Part shown: positions 60,388 through 64,000 of the stretch, piece by piece | Layout: every line of letters starts with the position of its first letter | Position numbering within the stretch: position 1 is the first letter of the stretch | Notes under the pieces: model-generated | What the model was told of the DNA's origin: nothing | Database searches by the model: none | What the model saw: the letters and a program-made list of their open reading frames with translations, nothing else | Translations under genes and position numbers: made by a program | Origin: Chrysemys picta bellii | Taxonomy: Eukaryota | DNA length: 64,000 bases | Direction of reading: 5' to 3' | Assembly: GCF_011386835.1 (NCBI RefSeq) | Contig: NC_088798.1 | Span: 64,728,001 to 64,792,000 of the forward strand

Positions 60388-63050
60388 CAGAACAGACCAT
60401 TACAATAATCTAGTCTGATCTCCTGCATAACACAGGCCAGAGAATGCTGCCCAGTAACCCCAGCATCAATCCCATAACTTCTGACTGAGTTAGAGGATAT
60501 ATTTTAAGACATCCGGTCTTGAGTTAAAGACATCAGGTGATAGCGACTCTACTCCTAGATAAGTTGTTCCAATGGTGAATCACCCTCACTGTTAAAAATG
60601 TGTGCCCCTATTTCTAGTCTGAATGTGTCTAGCTTTAACTTCCAACTGTTGGATCGTGGTCTGGCTTTTTCTGCTACAGTAAAGAGCTGTTCAAAATCTC
60701 TTCCCCCTACAGGTACTTCTACACCAGGTTAAAAGGCACCTTTTTACCTTCTCTTGGATAAACTAAATAGACTGAGTGTCTTTGATCTCTCACTATATGG
60801 ATTGTTTTCCAGCCCTCAGATCATTCTTGTGGCTCTTCTCTGAACCCTTTCCAATTTGTCAACTCCCTCGTTGAAGTGTGGATATCCAAACTGGACACAA
60901 TATTCCAGTAACTGTCTAATGCTGTGCATAGAGAGAAAAACCACCTTCCCGCTCCTACTTGATATTCTCCTGCTCATACATCCAAGGAGCAGGTTGGCCC
61001 TCGTAGCTACAGATACTGCGTACAGATGTGGTCTCCTCATCTCAAAAAAGATATACTGGCACTAGAAAAGGTTCAGAGAAGGGCAACTAAAATAAGGAGT
61101 TTGGAACGGGTCCCATATGAAGTGAGGCTAAGACTTTTCAGCTTGGAAAAGAGGAGACTAAGGGGGGATATGATAGAGATATATAAAATCATGAGTAATG
61201 TGGAGAAAGTAGATAAGGAAAAGTTATTTACTTATTCCCATAATACAAGAACTATGGGCCACCAAATGAAATTAATGGGCAGCAGGTTTAAAACAAATAA
61301 AAGGAAGTTCTTCTTCACACAGCGCACAGTCAACTTGTGGAACTCCTTGCCTGAGGAGGTTGTGAAGGCTAGGACTATAACAGCATTTAAAAGAGAACTG
61401 GATAAATTCATGGTGGTTAAGTCCATTAATGACTATTAGCCAGGATGGGTAAGGAATTATGTCCCTAGCCTCTGTTTGTCAGAGGGTGGAGATGGATGTC
61501 AGGAGAGACATCACTTGATCGTTACCTGTTAGGTTCACTCCCTCTGGGGCACCTGGCATTGGCCACTGTTGGTAGACAGGATACTGGGCTAGATGGACCT
61601 TTGGTCTGACCCAGTATTGCCGTTCTTATGTTATGTTCTTACAGCATCACATCGGGGGCTCAGGTTCGATTGGTTGCAGAGCCACAGTTTTTTCAAGATA
61701 CAGCTCGCCAGCCTCGAAGTGTGACCTACATACTTTGTTCTTAAACGTATGTTCTGGCTGTACTAAATGCACGCTGTCCTGATGAACCCACCTCACCAAG
61801 CAGGTCATTGTGTATACCTGATCTGTCCCCATCATTATTTACTGTTCTACCAATTTATGTCACCTGCCGATTTTATCAGCAATGATTTGATCTTTGCTTC
61901 CAAATCATTGACAAAGCTATTTAACAACAATCAGCTGAGAACAGAGCCCTGCAGAACTCCACTAGCAACACCCCCCGCAGATAATGATTTCCCCTTTTAC
62001 CTACTTTTCGTACTCTATCAGTTAGCCAGTTGTGAATCCATGGGCTGCACTGATTTTTCTATACAGCTATTTTTATCAGAATGTTATGTAGGACTAAGTC
62101 AAATGCCTTATAGAAGTCCAAGTAGATTGTCACCAGCGTTGCTTTTATTAACCAAACTTCAAGTATGAAAAGACCAATCTTCCATAAAACCATATTGCTT
62201 GGCATGAATTACATTACCTTCTTTTAATTCTTCACTGATTGTATCCTACTTTAGTCTTTCCATGATTTTGCCTGGGAGTGAGGTCAGGCTAGCTGGCCTA
62301 TAGTCTCCTGGGACATCCCATTTCATGATTTTAAACAGCAGTACAACATTGTTTTTTTTCCCCATTCTTCTAGAACTTCCCCAGTGTTCCAAGATTTGTT
62401 AAAAACCAACATGAATGATTCAGAGAGTGCGTCTGCTGGTTCTTTTATATTCTTGGGTGCAAGTTATCCAGTCATACAGATTTAAAAATATTTATCTTTA
62501 ATGGTTGCTGTTTAACATCACCCCTAGTTACTGATGGAATAGAAAATATATAATTGTCACTGTAAGGTATGAATACATCATCCTGCTGCTTTCCACTCAC
62601 AGAAGAGAAATATTTGTTGGCTTTTCTCCATCATGATTAATAATTTCATAGTCTTTATCTAGAACTGGACCTATCCCATTGCTATGACTTTTGCTGATAT
62701 ATTTGAAGAATTCCTTTTAGTTGTCCTTAACCCTATTGGCCTAGAGTTTTTGTTGATACCTTTAGCTTCCTTTATCAGTTGTCTGCATTTCCCAGCTGCT
62801 GAGGTGTACTCCTGGCTATCTGCATCCCCATTTTTTCCATTTAATAGTTTTTTTTTTAATTTTTTTTATATTGCAGCCTTTACCTTTCCTCTTAACTAGG
62901 ATGGTTTTTAACCAAATAATCCTTCTTTCTTATTTATGGAATTTTGCGGTCTTTTTGGAGCATCGAATAAAGCATAGTTAAACAATTGCCAACTAGCATT
63001 CACATTTTTATATTTAAATATTTCCTTCCATTCAATTTTGCATTTCATAC
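60388..63050 (-). mobile_element. Old CR1 LINE (pieces 60388-61012 and 61640-63050)
   Basis: Antisense 3' UTR and RT remnants (LLEYCVQFGYPHFNEGVDKLERVQRRATRMI); continuous across the younger insertion. Confidence 0.82.
61013..61639 (+). mobile_element. Younger CR1 3' fragment (627 bp) inserted antisense into the old CR1
   Basis: Open ORF 61026-61439 ([21 protein letters not shown]...NLWNSLP); (gttcttat) tail; 5-bp TSD TACAG at 61008-61012 and 61640-61644. Confidence 0.9.
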
Positions 63051-64000
63051 TCAATATCACTGGGTCCCCCAGCACAGGCAGATGTTCAAATGTAGGTGGG
63101 ACCTTATGAAGGATGAGAGAAGAGAGACCTCCCATTTTTATCTTTATATCCCAACTTCTGCCTGGCAGCTGTGGGTCTGCCCCACATGTGGGGAGTTTGG
63201 ATCCAGAACCAGTCTGGTATTTGGCCTGTTTCTAATGGCTCCAAACCAGAAAATATTCAGCTCTGCGCTTTTGAATCTCATGGCTCAGCCTCATCTTCAG
63301 TAGCTCAGTCTACTGTTATGTAAGGCTGTGTGTACTACCGCTGTGTGTAGTCGATGCAGAACAGGACGCCAGTGAAGCTCGCAGCCAGAAGGCATCATGA
63401 CACGGTACCTTGGAGTAGCCATGCTGCCATTGTTCTCCAGAATCTCTCATCTCAGGGATGTGATCCTCATGGCAGTGTGTGCCCAGAAGAGAGGGTAATG
63501 TTCGCTGCAAACAGCTCCCCTGATCCTAAAACAATCAGCTGATTTAGCTAGCCACATTGCGTGTTGTTTGCTACAGTGCTTCTCATTTGCAACTGCAGAT
63601 CAAGAGCCCACTAAGGGCTTAACTGCAGCAGCTTTCATCCGCTTATCACTGTCGCCCCACCGAAACAAAATCAGATGTGTACTAATAGGAAGCAGTGGGT
63701 GACAAACAAACAATTTTCTGACATTTAAGATAGGCTCTTGGTGCTTTTGTCCTGCCCACAAACTCACCAAAATGAGCACTGTTGCACTAAGCACAGTACC
63801 TAGCACTGAAAAAAGGGATAGCTGCACATGCTCTTTAGCCTCAGTTGTGCAACTGCTGACTGTCTGAAGGTTTATGAAATAATACTGTCTGCCAGTTATA
63901 TATTCAGTAGTGTGTCACCCAACCTGGTAACATCCAACATGTGGGGTTAAAACATAGGTTATAGAATGAGGGGTAGAAGAACAATATTAATGCAGGAAGC

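Noticed and set aside
55780-61790. Other CTGATGA hammerhead-like cores (for example ~55785, ~56047, ~61778)
   Set aside because: No stem II followed by GAAA and no matching stem I
36000-64000. A second host gene (for example FASLG, the mammalian neighbour of SUCO)
   Set aside because: No TNF-family or other host exons recognised; all interpretable ORFs are transposon-derived
1-64000. Prokaryotic systems (CRISPR arrays, operons, rRNA or functional tRNA genes)
   Set aside because: The sequence is spliced vertebrate DNA; no regular repeat-spacer arrays; tRNA-like segments are SINE heads without complete cloverleaves

Overview
Vertebrate genomic DNA, almost certainly a turtle (tortoise-type tRNA/CR1 SINE plus the CR1, DIRS, Penelope, Harbinger and hAT repeats typical of turtle genomes; inferred from recognition, not a database search). 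Bases 89-34404 hold the last 16 coding exons of SUCO on the + strand. All have AG/GT boundaries and matching phases, and together give 2808 nt (935 aa plus stop) covering the SUN domain, Ser/Thr/Glu-rich region, coiled coil, TM helix and C-terminal tail. One exon is a 21-nt microexon. The rest is 3' UTR and repeat-dense intergenic DNA with nested insertions: three DIRS retrotransposon relics, a two-gene Harbinger relic, a solo LTR, hAT and Tc1/mariner MITEs, CR1 LINEs, SINEs and three Penelope-like (PLE) fragments. I found no wholly new system. The most notable signals are: (1) a minimal hammerhead ribozyme in a PLE fragment; (2) a perfect-hairpin PLE mini-insertion whose inverted arm stops within 1-3 nt of that ribozyme's predicted cleavage site; (3) a miniature DIRS that preserves its circle-junction/target crossover; (4) a SUCO microexon that resembles a repeat of the preceding exon's end. 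Most ORF-track entries are spurious.
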